DNA of 64,000 nucleotides, from positions 3,136,001-3,200,000 of the forward strand of contig CBDFLE010000006.1 in NCBI GenBank assembly GCA_965248925.1. The letters are read 5' to 3'. The translations under genes were made by a program, and so were the position numbers. This document shows positions 10,709-20,085 of the stretch, piece by piece. Below the pieces are notes generated by a model, which worked only from the letters and a program-made list of their open reading frames with translations, was not told the DNA's origin and searched no databases. The stretch comes from Candidatus Multivoradales bacterium (lineage in GTDB: Bacteria; Acidobacteriota; Thermoanaerobaculia; Multivoradales; J023). Within the stretch, counting starts at the first letter, position 1. Each line of letters begins with the position of its first letter.

Positions 10709-11569
10709 TCACCTGCGGCGGATCACCGCGGTGCGGGGAATGCCGCCGTAGTCGCGGACAGTCCGGCGGAGTTCGAGCCGTGGGCGCTCGGCGATGGCGT
10801 TGGCGAGCCATTCGTGTTGGTCGTAGCCGATTTCGAGCAGCAGGTGAACACCGGAGCGCAGCTCGCGGGCGCTGTCGAGCAGGTGGGTGATCAGCGCCCG
10901 ACCGGCGTCGTCGGCGTAGAGGGCCAGGTGGGGTTCGAAGTGGTGAACTTCGTGCGACAAGCTAGGGCCCTCGGCCGGATTAACGTAGGGCGGGTTGCTG
11001 ACCAACAGGTCAACTCGTTGCAGGTCGAGACCCTCGGCCAGGTCGCCTTGCAGGCAGGTCAGGCGCTGGTCGCGGAGGTGGCGGCGGGCGTTGGCGGCGG
11101 CGACGGCTAGGGCATCCAAGGAGAAGTCAGTGGCCAGTACTCGGGCCGCGGGTAGCTCGGCGGCCAAGGTGACGGCGATGCAGCCGGAGCCGGTGCCGAT
11201 GTCGACTATGGTTGGCCGTTCGCCGAGTTCGAAAGCGAGGGCGGCTTCGATCAGATGCTCGGTCTCGGGGCGGGGGATCAACACTCGGCGGTCGACGGCG
11301 AAGGAGCGGCCCCAGAACTCACGCTCGCCGGTCAGATAGGCCACCGGCTCGCCGGTCAGACGGCGGTCGATCAGCGCTAGGAACCGCTCCTGGGTAGCCC
11401 CCGGCAGCGGCTCTTTCGAACGGGCCAGCAGCTGGGCCTCGCTGTAGCCTGTGAGGTGGCCGAGCAAGAGGCTGGCTTCGCGGGCCGAGGGGGCAAACGC
11501 CGCCGCCGTCAAGCGGCGGCGAGCCGCGGCCAGCACTTCGCCGATCAGCGCTGTCGCGGGGCCGGCCAA
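10709..11569 (-). CDS. prmC: Release factor glutamine methyltransferase
   Basis: 'RRLTGEPVAYLTGEREFWG', 'VLIPRPETEHL', 'DIGTGSGCIA' and 'SNPPY'. Confidence 0.95.
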   Translation of the reverse strand: MAGPATALIGEVLAAARRRLTAAAFAPSAREASLLLGHLTGYSEAQLLARSKEPLPGATQERFLALIDRRLTGEPVAYLTGEREFWGRSFAVDRRVLIPRPETEHLIEAALAFELGERPTIVDIGTGSGCIAVTLAAELPAARVLATDFSLDALAVAAANARRHLRDQRLTCLQGDLAEGLDLQRVDLLVSNPPYVNPAEGPSLSHEVHHFEPHLALYADDAGRALITHLLDSARELRSGVHLLLEIGYDQHEWLANAIAERPRLELRRTVRDYGGIPRTAVIRRR

Positions 11570-11571
11570 GT

Positions 11572-11745
11572 TCAGTGGACCTCCACCAGCGACTCGCGGC
11601 CGGCCACGGGCTGGCCCTCGCCGTCGCTGATCGCGTCGCCGAAGGTGATTTCAGCCGCTCGGGCGCCAGCCGCTGACAGGGCGCTGAAGGTGCGCGCCAC
11701 GATCATCACAAGTGCGAGCAAGCGGTGGCAGTAGGAAAATCGCAT
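11572..11745 (-). pseudogene. 57-aa ORF (MRFSYCHRLLALVMIV...GDAISDGEGQPVAGRESLVEVH), probably the truncated start of a secreted protein
   Basis: GGAGG lies 7 nt before the ATG. A signal-like N-terminus is followed by a 'G.I.D.EG.PVAG' pattern resembling the start of a carboxypeptidase-regulatory-like domain, then a stop. Absent from the ORF track. Confidence 0.4.
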
Positions 11746-11916
11746 GTCGGATCCTCCGCAGGGAGGGCAAGACGGAGGACTCTACCCTCTCATACCGAGC
11801 AGAAATCAAGCCAGGTTCAATGGCTCACGCTGATGGCCGAAGATCGGCGGTATGATGCGCCCCCGTCGGCCACTACACCGATTGCCCACTGGGCTGGCGG
11901 TGCCCGGAGGTCATCG

Positions 11917-12888
11917 ATGGCTAGCGATCAGAACCACCCTCAGAGTGGCGCCCAAAACGGTGTTGCGCGCTCGTTGAGCTGGCGCCAGGTGGCGGCGCTG
12001 GGGGCGGTGTATGTGATTTGGGGCTCGACCTATTTGGCAATCCGTTTTGCCATCGAAACTCTGCCCGGTTTCAGCATGAGCGGCCTGCGTTTCTTACTCG
12101 CCGGTGGAGTGCTCTACCTGTGGGCAAGGCTGCGTGGTGCCGCGCCGCCGCGCTGGGTGGAGTGGCGCTCGGGACTGGTGATCGGCGCTTTTCTGCTGCT
12201 CGGCGGCAATGGTGGGGTGGTTTGGGCCGAGCACCGGTTGCAGTCTGGGATGGCCGCCTTGATCGTCGCCAGCGAGCCGCTTTGGGTGGTGTTACTGCTC
12301 TGCGTTTGGCCCCGCTCTGAGCGACCGCGGCCGGCCGTCCTATTCGCCATGTTGCTGGGTTTTGTGGGTGTGGTGCTGCTGCTCTCGCCCGCTGTCGATG
12401 GGTCGGTAGGGACGGCGATGGCGCTCCACCTGCCGTCGGCGTTGATGGTGATGCTGGCGGCGGTTTCCTGGGCCATCGGCTCGCTCTATGCACGGCGCGC
12501 GGCGCAGCCGAAATCACCAGTTTTGGCGACCGCCATGCAAATGTTGAGTGGCGGGTTTCTGCTGAGCTTGGCGGGGGTGGTCGCCGGAGAATGGCAGAGC
12601 TTTGAGCCGCAGCAGACTTCGTTGCTGTCGGTGATGTCGTTTCTCTACTTGGTGGTTTTCGGCGCCTTGCTGGCGTTTAGTTGCTACAGCTGGTTGGTGC
12701 GGACCACCGAGCCCACCCTGGTGGCGACCTATGCCTATGTCAATCCGATGGTGGCGGTTTTTCTCGGCTGGCTGTTGGCGGGCGAAGCGGTAGGCTGGCG
12801 GACCTTGCCAGCTGCAGGACTGATCATCGGCTCGGTGGTGTTGGTCGGTTGGTTGAGCCGGTCCAAGCGACGATCCGCGAGCCCCTAA
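11917..12888 (+). CDS. EamA/DMT family transporter (YedA-like)
   Basis: 'VYVIWGSTYLAIRFAIETLP' and 'TYAYVNPMVAVFLGW', about 10 TM helices. ATG 11917 follows GGAGG. Confidence 0.9.
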   Translation: MASDQNHPQSGAQNGVARSLSWRQVAALGAVYVIWGSTYLAIRFAIETLPGFSMSGLRFLLAGGVLYLWARLRGAAPPRWVEWRSGLVIGAFLLLGGNGGVVWAEHRLQSGMAALIVASEPLWVVLLLCVWPRSERPRPAVLFAMLLGFVGVVLLLSPAVDGSVGTAMALHLPSALMVMLAAVSWAIGSLYARRAAQPKSPVLATAMQMLSGGFLLSLAGVVAGEWQSFEPQQTSLLSVMSFLYLVVFGALLAFSCYSWLVRTTEPTLVATYAYVNPMVAVFLGWLLAGEAVGWRTLPAAGLIIGSVVLVGWLSRSKRRSASP

Positions 12889-12912
12889 GACAAGCTATGG
12901 AGAGGAGGATGA

Positions 12913-13524
12913 ATGGCCGAAGACCTCAAGTCCCCCGCCACGCCCCAGGTTGTTCGTTGTGACTGGGCTGGCGATGATCCGCTCTACATCGAGTATCACG
13001 ATCGCGAATGGGGGGTGCCGCAGCACGACGATCGAAAGCTCTTCGAAATGCTCCTGCTGGAAGGGGCCCAGGCCGGTTTGGCTTGGATCACAATCCTGAG
13101 AAAGCGCGAGGGCTATCGGCGGGCACTCGAGGGTTTCGACGCCGAGCGCATCGCCCGCTATGGCGACGCCGAAACTGCTCGTTTGCTGGCTGATGAGGGC
13201 ATTGTTCGCAATCGGTTGAAGGTTAAGAGCGCAATCCGCAATGCCCGCGCTTTCTTGGCGGTGCAGGAGGAGTTTGGCAGTTTCGACAGCTATCTCTGGC
13301 GCTTTGTCGACGGTCAGCCGATCCAGAACAGTTGGCGGCGAATGGCCGAGGTGCCGGCCTCCACCGAGCACAGCGATGCTCTGTCGAAAGATCTGAAGAC
13401 CCGTGATTTCAACTTTGTCGGCTCGACTATCTGCTACGCCTTGATGCAGTCGGTGGGAATGGTCAACGATCATATTTCCGACTGCTTTCGCTACCGCGAG
13501 TGCACTGTCTTGTCGTCAGTGTGA
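12913..13524 (+). CDS. tag: DNA-3-methyladenine glycosylase I
   Basis: 'RCDWA...YHDREWG', 'LEGAQAGLAW', 'IVRNRLK' and 'GMVNDH...C'. Confidence 0.95.
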   Translation: MAEDLKSPATPQVVRCDWAGDDPLYIEYHDREWGVPQHDDRKLFEMLLLEGAQAGLAWITILRKREGYRRALEGFDAERIARYGDAETARLLADEGIVRNRLKVKSAIRNARAFLAVQEEFGSFDSYLWRFVDGQPIQNSWRRMAEVPASTEHSDALSKDLKTRDFNFVGSTICYALMQSVGMVNDHISDCFRYRECTVLSSV

Positions 13525-13574
13525 CTCCAAGGCTGAATACCGGTCGAATTCTGTAGGAGCGAAGCAAAGGGGCG

Positions 13575-15356
13575 ATGGTGATACAGACTTGTCTACCCGG
13601 AGTGGCACGCGGTGTGGTGCTGCGCGTCCTACTTTGCTGGTTGCTGGCCTGTGGCTTGGCCGCCGCCGAGTTGGCCGCGGAGACGGTGGCGGTGAAAGTC
13701 GAGGTAACCGGTGTCGAGGGTGAACGCCGGGCCAATGTGCTGGCCCTGTCGAGTTTGGCGCGGCAAGCTGGCCAAGGTGAACTCGAAATCCGCCAAGTCG
13801 AACGCCTTTTCGCGCGCGCTGAGCGGGAGATTGCTGGCGCCTTGGAGCCCTTCGGTCTCTATCGCCCAGAAGTTGATAGTGAGCTGGATCGCGACGCGGC
13901 ACCTTGGCGCGCGATCTACAACATCGATCCTGGTCCGCAGATTGTGGTCGGCGAGTTGCAGTTCGAAATCCTCGGCGCGGCGCGGCAGGACGATCTCTTC
14001 ACCGCTCTCGAAGTGTTTTTCCCCTTGGCCGGGGGCACTGCTTTCAGCCATCCAGAGTGGCAGGCTACCAAGGCGGCGCTGCTGGATCTGGGTGCCGAAC
14101 GGGGCTATTTCGATGCTCGCTTGACCGTGCATCAGGTACGCATCGATCTCGACCGCTACCGCGCCGATCTCGAACTGCGCTACGACAGCGGTCCGCGCTA
14201 TCGCTATGGCGAGGTGCGGATAGAGCAAGACTTCCTCCAACCAGAGTTGATCGAGGCTTATGTTTCGCTCACTCGCGGGGCGCCGGTAGACTTGCTGGAA
14301 CTGCTGCGTTTGCAAGCGCGACTCTCGGGCACCCCCTATTTCCAAGGGGTCGAGGTGCGACCGCTGATCGAGGAAAGGGCCGCGGGTGAAGTGCCGATTG
14401 AGCTTCGCTTGGTGCCACGCCGCCGACTGGGCTATGAAGCGGGCCTGGGCTACGGCACCGATACCGGTCCGCGGGTCACCTTCGCGCTCGACCTGCGGCG
14501 GCTGAATCGCCGCGGCCACCATGCCTTGGTGAGTGGCAAGATCGCGGCAGCCGAGCGCCGGGTCACCGCCAGCTATGTGCTGCCGCGGGTGCGATCTGTT
14601 TCTAGCAACTTGCGTCTGAGCGCTGGCTGGCGCGAATTGGTGCCGAGTTCCAGTGATACCCAGACCTCCTTTCTCACCCTCTCCCGCGACCGTCGCCGCG
14701 GTCGTTGGGGCGAGGTGGTGTCGCTGTCCTATCAGCGTCACCAGTTCACCATCGGCAACGACGACGATGTGACCCGCCTGTTGATTCCGGGGCTGGCTTA
14801 CTCGCGGGTCGAAGCTGATGATCGACGTATCGCGACTCGTGGCTACCGGCTATCCCTGGAACTCGACGGTGCGCTGGCCGGAGGGCCTTCTGACGCTGGC
14901 TTTCTCCGCCTTCGTCTGGGTGGCAAAGTAGTGCGCAAGTTGGCTGAGCGCTGGCGCGTGATCGGGAGGGGTGAAGTGGGTTATTTGGCCGCGGATGATT
15001 TCCGCCTGCTACCGCCGACTGTGCGCTTCTTCACCGGTGGCGACGGCAGCGTGCGTGGTTTTGGCTTCCAAGAAATCGGTGCCCGCGACGAGCTTTCAGA
15101 TCAGCTGCTCGGTGGCAAGGCTCTGACCGTGCTGTCGGCCGAACTCGAATGGCGCTTCTTCGAGACCTGGGGCGCGGCGGTGTTTCTCGATGCTGGCAAT
15201 GCCAGCGATAGTTTTGGCGACCGGCTAGAACGCGGTGCGGGTCTCGGGGCTCGTTGGTATCTGCCGATCGGCTTGTTGCGGATCGACGCTGCTTGGGCAC
15301 TGAGCCGCGACAGTCGGCCGCTGCGCTTGCACCTCGGTGTGGGGTTCGACCTGTGA
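13575..15356 (+). CDS. tamA: Omp85-family translocation and assembly module protein TamA
   Basis: Signal peptide, POTRA-like region, 'GYGTDTGPR', 'RFFTGGDGSVRGF' and a C-terminal barrel strand. Directly upstream of TamB. Confidence 0.85.
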   Translation: MVIQTCLPGVARGVVLRVLLCWLLACGLAAAELAAETVAVKVEVTGVEGERRANVLALSSLARQAGQGELEIRQVERLFARAEREIAGALEPFGLYRPEVDSELDRDAAPWRAIYNIDPGPQIVVGELQFEILGAARQDDLFTALEVFFPLAGGTAFSHPEWQATKAALLDLGAERGYFDARLTVHQVRIDLDRYRADLELRYDSGPRYRYGEVRIEQDFLQPELIEAYVSLTRGAPVDLLELLRLQARLSGTPYFQGVEVRPLIEERAAGEVPIELRLVPRRRLGYEAGLGYGTDTGPRVTFALDLRRLNRRGHHALVSGKIAAAERRVTASYVLPRVRSVSSNLRLSAGWRELVPSSSDTQTSFLTLSRDRRRGRWGEVVSLSYQRHQFTIGNDDDVTRLLIPGLAYSRVEADDRRIATRGYRLSLELDGALAGGPSDAGFLRLRLGGKVVRKLAERWRVIGRGEVGYLAADDFRLLPPTVRFFTGGDGSVRGFGFQEIGARDELSDQLLGGKALTVLSAELEWRFFETWGAAVFLDAGNASDSFGDRLERGAGLGARWYLPIGLLRIDAAWALSRDSRPLRLHLGVGFDL

Positions 15357-18300
15357 GCCGGTGGCGAAGTGGAAAGTGGGTGCGGGTGCTGGCGGTCTTG
15401 TTGTTGCTCTTGGGTCTGGCACTTTTTTGGCTCAGTGCTACTGCGAGTGGCGCCGGTGTGTTGTTGGGATGGGTTGGGCGCCTGGCTCCCGGCGAGCTGC
15501 ATTTCGCTTCCCAGACCGGTGCCCTGGCTGATCTAAAAATCTCCGGCTTGCGCTACCACGATGCCGCTGGCCTCAGCGTGAGGTGCGCTGAGTTCGAGCT
15601 GTCCTGGCATCCCTGGGCCCTGCTGCGCGGCCGTTTGCAGATCGAGCGTCTGCTCGCCCGCCAGGTCGAGGTGCGTCTACCGCCGAGCACGGGTGAGCCG
15701 TCATCCCCGCCGCCGAGCTGGTCCCTACCGATGGCCGTAGAGGTGGACTCGGCCCTGATTCAGCAGCTTGAAGTGGTTCCGGCGGAGGGTGAGTCGAGTG
15801 TTGTAGATGAACTGGAGTTCGCTCTGGCGGGCCGTGACGAGCAGTTGCAGGTCGACACTTTGCGGTTGCTGGCGGCGGGAGTCGAGGCCGAGCTACAGGG
15901 GGAGCTGCACGCCCAACAGGTCGACTTCGAGGTGGCTTGGACCGTCTTTGTCGAGGGGGGTCCCAAGCTCAGTGGCGGCGGCCGAATCGAGGGTGACCCG
16001 GTCCGGCTGAAGATCACTCAGCAGCTCACCTCACAGCCGGGTTTGCGGCTCGCGGCGCAAATCGAAGATGCCTTCGACACGGCAGCCTTGGTCGGAGCGC
16101 TGCGCTTCGATCACTTCGACCCGTCTTTGACCGACCCTGCTTGGCCGGCGGCTGTAGTGACCGGCGAGTTACGTTTGGCCGGCAGCGTCTCCGCCCCGCG
16201 GCTGGAATTGGCACTCGACGGCAATCTGGCGCAGGCCGAGCCTTGGCGTCTTTCCGGCGGGGTGGCGTTGGCGGCGGACGGTTGGCGGTTGAGTCAGATC
16301 GAAATGCAGCAGCTCGGCGGCGCTGGCTGGCTCCGGGCCGACGGGTCGCTACGGCCGGCCGGCTCAACGATGGCGATCGACTTGGCCTTGGATTGGCGGC
16401 AGCTGTCGACCTCGCTGGCCGAGGGTCGCCAGCTGCTCAGTCCTCACGGCAGTGGCCGCCTCGCTGGAACCCTGGCGGACTACCGGCTCGAGGTGCTGGC
16501 CGATCTGCGCCTGGCGGAAGTCGAACTGGCGGATTGGCGGCTGGCGGCGACGGGTGATGCCGACCGTCTCTTGATTGAGGAGTTGGGAGGTGGCATCGGC
16601 GGCGGCGAGCTGCGAGTTCAAGGTGAAGTGGCTTGGCAGCCGCGGCTCAGCTGGCGCCTGGGGATGGTGGCCACGGCCCTCGATACCGAAGTGCTTGGGC
16701 CGCAATGGCCAGGGGCGGCCGATCTGCGGGCAGAAGTTGCGGGCTATGTCGATCCAACCGGCGGCCCGGCGCGGGGCACCCTCGATCTTGAGCACCTCGG
16801 TGGCAATTTGCGCGGTGAGAGCCTTGGTGGTGCTGGACGGCTGTTATTCGATGGTGCCGCCCTGGTCGCCGAAGAGCTGAGTTTGTCCTGGGGCGCGGCG
16901 CGGCTGGAACTTAGCGGTCAACTCAGCGCGGGCCTGGACCTTGAGTTCGAGCTAGAGGCGCCAGATCTAGCACCTCTTTGGCCCGACACGGCCGGCGCAT
17001 TGCAGGCCAGCGGCCGGCTTTCGGGCGCCTGGCCGCGCCCTCAGGTCGAGATCGAAGCACGCGCTTCCGGTCTGCGTTGGAGTGACTATTCGCTGGCCCG
17101 ATTCGACCTGTCCGCCAGCCTCCAACCAGGAGCCGAAGGGGTGACAGAGGGCCGTCTACTGCTCCACGATTTGCGGCTCCGCGAGCTACAGCTCGAGGAG
17201 GCCGACATGACCCTCAGCGGTAGCTATGCCGCCCACCAGCTCGCGGGCTTGCTGCGGCTGCCGCTGGGCGATCTGCGTTGGCGTGCCGTGGGTGGTTTTG
17301 AGACTCACTGGCAGGGGCGCTTCGAAGCGCTCGATGCTGAGTTTGGCGACTATGGTAGCTGGCGACTCGCGGCACCCGCCGAGTTGGTGCTGGCGGCCGA
17401 ACAGAGTTCGTTGGCGCCGGCTTGCTGGCACTCCTCAGCCGGCAAAGTCTGTCTGCGGGGTAGCTCGGTGGCGACGGGGTGGCAAGCTTCGTTGCAACTC
17501 GAGGCGCTGGATCTCAGATTGCTTTCGAACCACTTGCCGGCCGGGTTGAGAGTCAAGGGCCATTTTGACGGTGAGGCCGAAGCCAGTTCAGCCGCGGCGG
17601 GCGGTTGGTTGGGAAGCGCGCGGCTAGTGCCGTCACCAGGAGGCTTCGAGTATCGCCGCCTAGGCCAAGAGACGGTGCGTTTCGACTACGCCGGAGGCGA
17701 GCTGCGGCTCGGGCTAGAGGACGGCTGGCTGCGGGCGACCGCCGATCTTTCTTTTGCCGGCGACGACTACCTGCGGGGCCGCTTCGCCATGCCTTGGGAG
17801 CAGGCCGACGCCGAGATCGAGGGTGATCTCGAAGCCCGCTTGTCGACCCTTGAGCTGGTGCCCGTGTTGATTCCGCAGCTGGGCAATGCGGCGGGCCGCT
17901 TGCGGATCGAATCGCAGCTGGCTGGTACTTGGTCGGCGCCGCGGGTAGCTGGTTTGCTGACTCTGGAAGAGGGGCGCTTCGCTCTGCCCGACTTCGGAAT
18001 TGAGCCCCGCGATGTCCATTTACGCCTGCGCAGTGAGACCGGTGATAGGTGGTTAATCTCGGGTGCCGGTACAAGCGGCGGCGGACAGCTGAATGTCGCC
18101 GGCGAGGCGGCGGCCGATTTCTCCAGCTTCAGCCTGCGGCTGACCGGCACCGACTTTCTGCTCAGTGACACCGCCGAGTTGCGGGCCGAGGTCTCGCCCC
18201 GTCTTGACCTTCAGTTCAGCGCTAGGGAGCTGACCTTCTCTGGCCAGGTCGAGGTGCCCCGAGCCCATCTCGATCTCGGTCGACAGCAGAGCGTGGTCGA

Positions 18301-19060
18301 GGTTGCGGACGATGTGGTGGTGCTCGGAGGTGAGGACGAGATAGCCGGCCTACCGTTGGCCGGGCGCCTGCGAGTGATTTTCGGCGACGCGGTGACGGTC
18401 GTCGGCTATGGCGCCGATCTACGCGCCACCGGCACCCTGGAGATTGACGAAAGTCCAGTCACCGCCACCACGGCGGTCGGCGAATTGGCCATCGAAGAAG
18501 GGACCTACAAGATCTATGGTCAGACATTGAAATTGGCCGACAGCCGACTGACCTTCACCGGGGGTCCGATCAGCAGACCGGGGCTCGATTTGCGAGCTGT
18601 TCGCGAGGCCAAAGACGGCACCGTCGCCGTGCTCACCGCGCAAGGGTCGGCGGCGGCGCCAGAGGTCAAGATCACCACCGAGCCGCCGACCTCACCCAGC
18701 GATTCCCTGGCTTACCTGGTATTGGGGCGTCCGCTGACCTCGGCCCGTGGCGCCGACAATGACTTGGTCGAGCAGGCGGCTGCCTCGCTGGGTCTTGGTC
18801 TGGGTGGCTTGGCGGCGGGCAAGCTGGCACGGCGGCTGGGTTTCGACGACGCCGAGATCGAGAGCCGGGGCACGGTGGAAGATTCCACCTTCTTCGTCGG
18901 CAAGTACCTCTCCCCGCGGCTTTATCTGGCCTATGGAGTGGGGATATTTAGGCCGATCGGTGTTTTCAGGGCTCGCTACTTGGTGGATCGCCATTGGACC
19001 TTGCAAGCCGAGAGTGGCGAGGAGAACGGCGTCGATGTGCTCTATCGGGTCGATCGCTAG
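15353..19060 (+). CDS. tamB: Translocation and assembly module protein TamB (DUF490)
   Basis: GTG 15353 overlaps the tamA stop. N-terminal anchor, long beta-rich body, C-terminal 'LAYLVLGRP' and 'VGKYLSPRLYLAYGVGIF'. Confidence 0.87.
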   Translation: MSRWRSGKWVRVLAVLLLLLGLALFWLSATASGAGVLLGWVGRLAPGELHFASQTGALADLKISGLRYHDAAGLSVRCAEFELSWHPWALLRGRLQIERLLARQVEVRLPPSTGEPSSPPPSWSLPMAVEVDSALIQQLEVVPAEGESSVVDELEFALAGRDEQLQVDTLRLLAAGVEAELQGELHAQQVDFEVAWTVFVEGGPKLSGGGRIEGDPVRLKITQQLTSQPGLRLAAQIEDAFDTAALVGALRFDHFDPSLTDPAWPAAVVTGELRLAGSVSAPRLELALDGNLAQAEPWRLSGGVALAADGWRLSQIEMQQLGGAGWLRADGSLRPAGSTMAIDLALDWRQLSTSLAEGRQLLSPHGSGRLAGTLADYRLEVLADLRLAEVELADWRLAATGDADRLLIEELGGGIGGGELRVQGEVAWQPRLSWRLGMVATALDTEVLGPQWPGAADLRAEVAGYVDPTGGPARGTLDLEHLGGNLRGESLGGAGRLLFDGAALVAEELSLSWGAARLELSGQLSAGLDLEFELEAPDLAPLWPDTAGALQASGRLSGAWPRPQVEIEARASGLRWSDYSLARFDLSASLQPGAEGVTEGRLLLHDLRLRELQLEEADMTLSGSYAAHQLAGLLRLPLGDLRWRAVGGFETHWQGRFEALDAEFGDYGSWRLAAPAELVLAAEQSSLAPACWHSSAGKVCLRGSSVATGWQASLQLEALDLRLLSNHLPAGLRVKGHFDGEAEASSAAAGGWLGSARLVPSPGGFEYRRLGQETVRFDYAGGELRLGLEDGWLRATADLSFAGDDYLRGRFAMPWEQADAEIEGDLEARLSTLELVPVLIPQLGNAAGRLRIESQLAGTWSAPRVAGLLTLEEGRFALPDFGIEPRDVHLRLRSETGDRWLISGAGTSGGGQLNVAGEAAADFSSFSLRLTGTDFLLSDTAELRAEVSPRLDLQFSARELTFSGQVEVPRAHLDLGRQQSVVEVADDVVVLGGEDEIAGLPLAGRLRVIFGDAVTVVGYGADLRATGTLEIDESPVTATTAVGELAIEEGTYKIYGQTLKLADSRLTFTGGPISRPGLDLRAVREAKDGTVAVLTAQGSAAAPEVKITTEPPTSPSDSLAYLVLGRPLTSARGADNDLVEQAAASLGLGLGGLAAGKLARRLGFDDAEIESRGTVEDSTFFVGKYLSPRLYLAYGVGIFRPIGVFRARYLVDRHWTLQAESGEENGVDVLYRVDR

Positions 19061-19332
19061 CCGGCCGCGACCAGACCTCCGAGCCAGCCATGTGGTTTCC
19101 CGAGCCGCGGGAAAAGTAGTAGGTGCCGTTAGGCTGCACGTTCGAATCGCCGCTTCCCGAGGGACTCCCTGAGCATAAGTCGCAGCCGGTGTAGGGAGCC
19201 AAAGCAGCCCTCAAAGCCATTGACCAGCTCGATCCGAACCGGGCTCGCGAGAGCGACAATCTGCAAACAGAAGCTCGGCGAGTGCTGGTTCTAGGTCGAA
19301 CAGTCCGGCGGTGAGTGAGCCTGCCCTGGCGG

Positions 19333-20085
19333 CTATCGGCCTCGCGACCCCGAAGAGGGTGGCACCTTTCTCCGAAATCTCCGAGGGGCTACATGGGACC
19401 GCGCAAGGCGGTGTCGGATCCGGCGGACAGGAAATCGGGAGCCTTGCAGAGTTTGGATCACCATCAAACAGGCCGAGGCCAGGCGGCGTGGCTGATGGCC
19501 TCCGGCGGGAAGCAGTAGCCTCGGTAGCTGGGAGCGGGCTCGTTCATGGGGATACTCTGGCCTGCTCGGGCCGAAGTTAACAGTACCGGCCCCGAAGTGA
19601 GTGGCACCTGTTTCGACCCCGAAGAGGGGGGGGGGGGGCAATTTCTGGCGACTTTCCGGACTAAAATTGGCAACGCCAGCGGTTACAAAATACTCGACCC
19701 AGGTGACTTGAAAGATCTTTATATCAAGCACAACATCCCTTTCCAACGCACTGTTTACCAGGCCGATCAGCTCATTTTGAAGAAGACCCACCTGGTCTTC
19801 CATGAATATCTCAAACCCTAACTTTTCAGCCTCGCTTGTTATCAAACTCGCTAGCATCGTCATCTCTTCCTCAGAAATAGCTAGCAAATCTTTCTTTTTT
19901 CCGCTTAAGGACGCCAGAAATGTAACATCCATGAGGGAAGCCATGTTGATCCGCAACTTCGAATTCGAGACAAGGATAGAATGAGAACCTTCACTGCTCG
20001 CGTTCTTCATGTCAGGCCGAACTGAGGCAGAGCCATTGCACCCACACAGGATGCAAGCACTGAGAAATATTCGCAGTAGTTTCAT
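19333..20085 (-). CDS. Putative Rhs immunity lipoprotein; 3' end probably disrupted
   Basis: ATG overlaps the Rhs stop (TGATG at 20083-20087). 'MKLLRIFLSACILCGC' is lipobox-like and the body is low-GC. Beyond the G13 run the frame reads through IS-like DNA. Confidence 0.55.
   Translation of the reverse strand: MKLLRIFLSACILCGCNGSASVRPDMKNASSEGSHSILVSNSKLRINMASLMDVTFLASLSGKKKDLLAISEEEMTMLASLITSEAEKLGFEIFMEDQVGLLQNELIGLVNSALERDVVLDIKIFQVTWVEYFVTAGVANFSPESRQKLPPPPLFGVETGATHFGAGTVNFGPSRPEYPHERARSQLPRLLLPAGGHQPRRLASACLMVIQTLQGSRFPVRRIRHRLARSHVAPRRFRRKVPPSSGSRGR
19464..19587 (-). mobile_element. IS6-family insertion sequence remnant (left end plus transposase N-terminus)
   Basis: GGTACTGTTAACTT (19587-19574) resembles an IS6 terminal repeat. 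It is followed by ATG 19547 'MNEPAPSYRGYCFPPEAISHAAW', matching the IS6 start pattern 'Y.GYRFP.EIISHAVW'. Confidence 0.65.
19626..19638. repeat. G13 homopolymer tract
   Basis: 13 consecutive G, read directly, inside the putative immunity ORF. Confidence 0.9.

Noticed and set aside
19061-19330. Possible gene tail or REP-like GTAGGG sequence after tamB
   Set aside because: No start codon context and no convincing palindrome partner.
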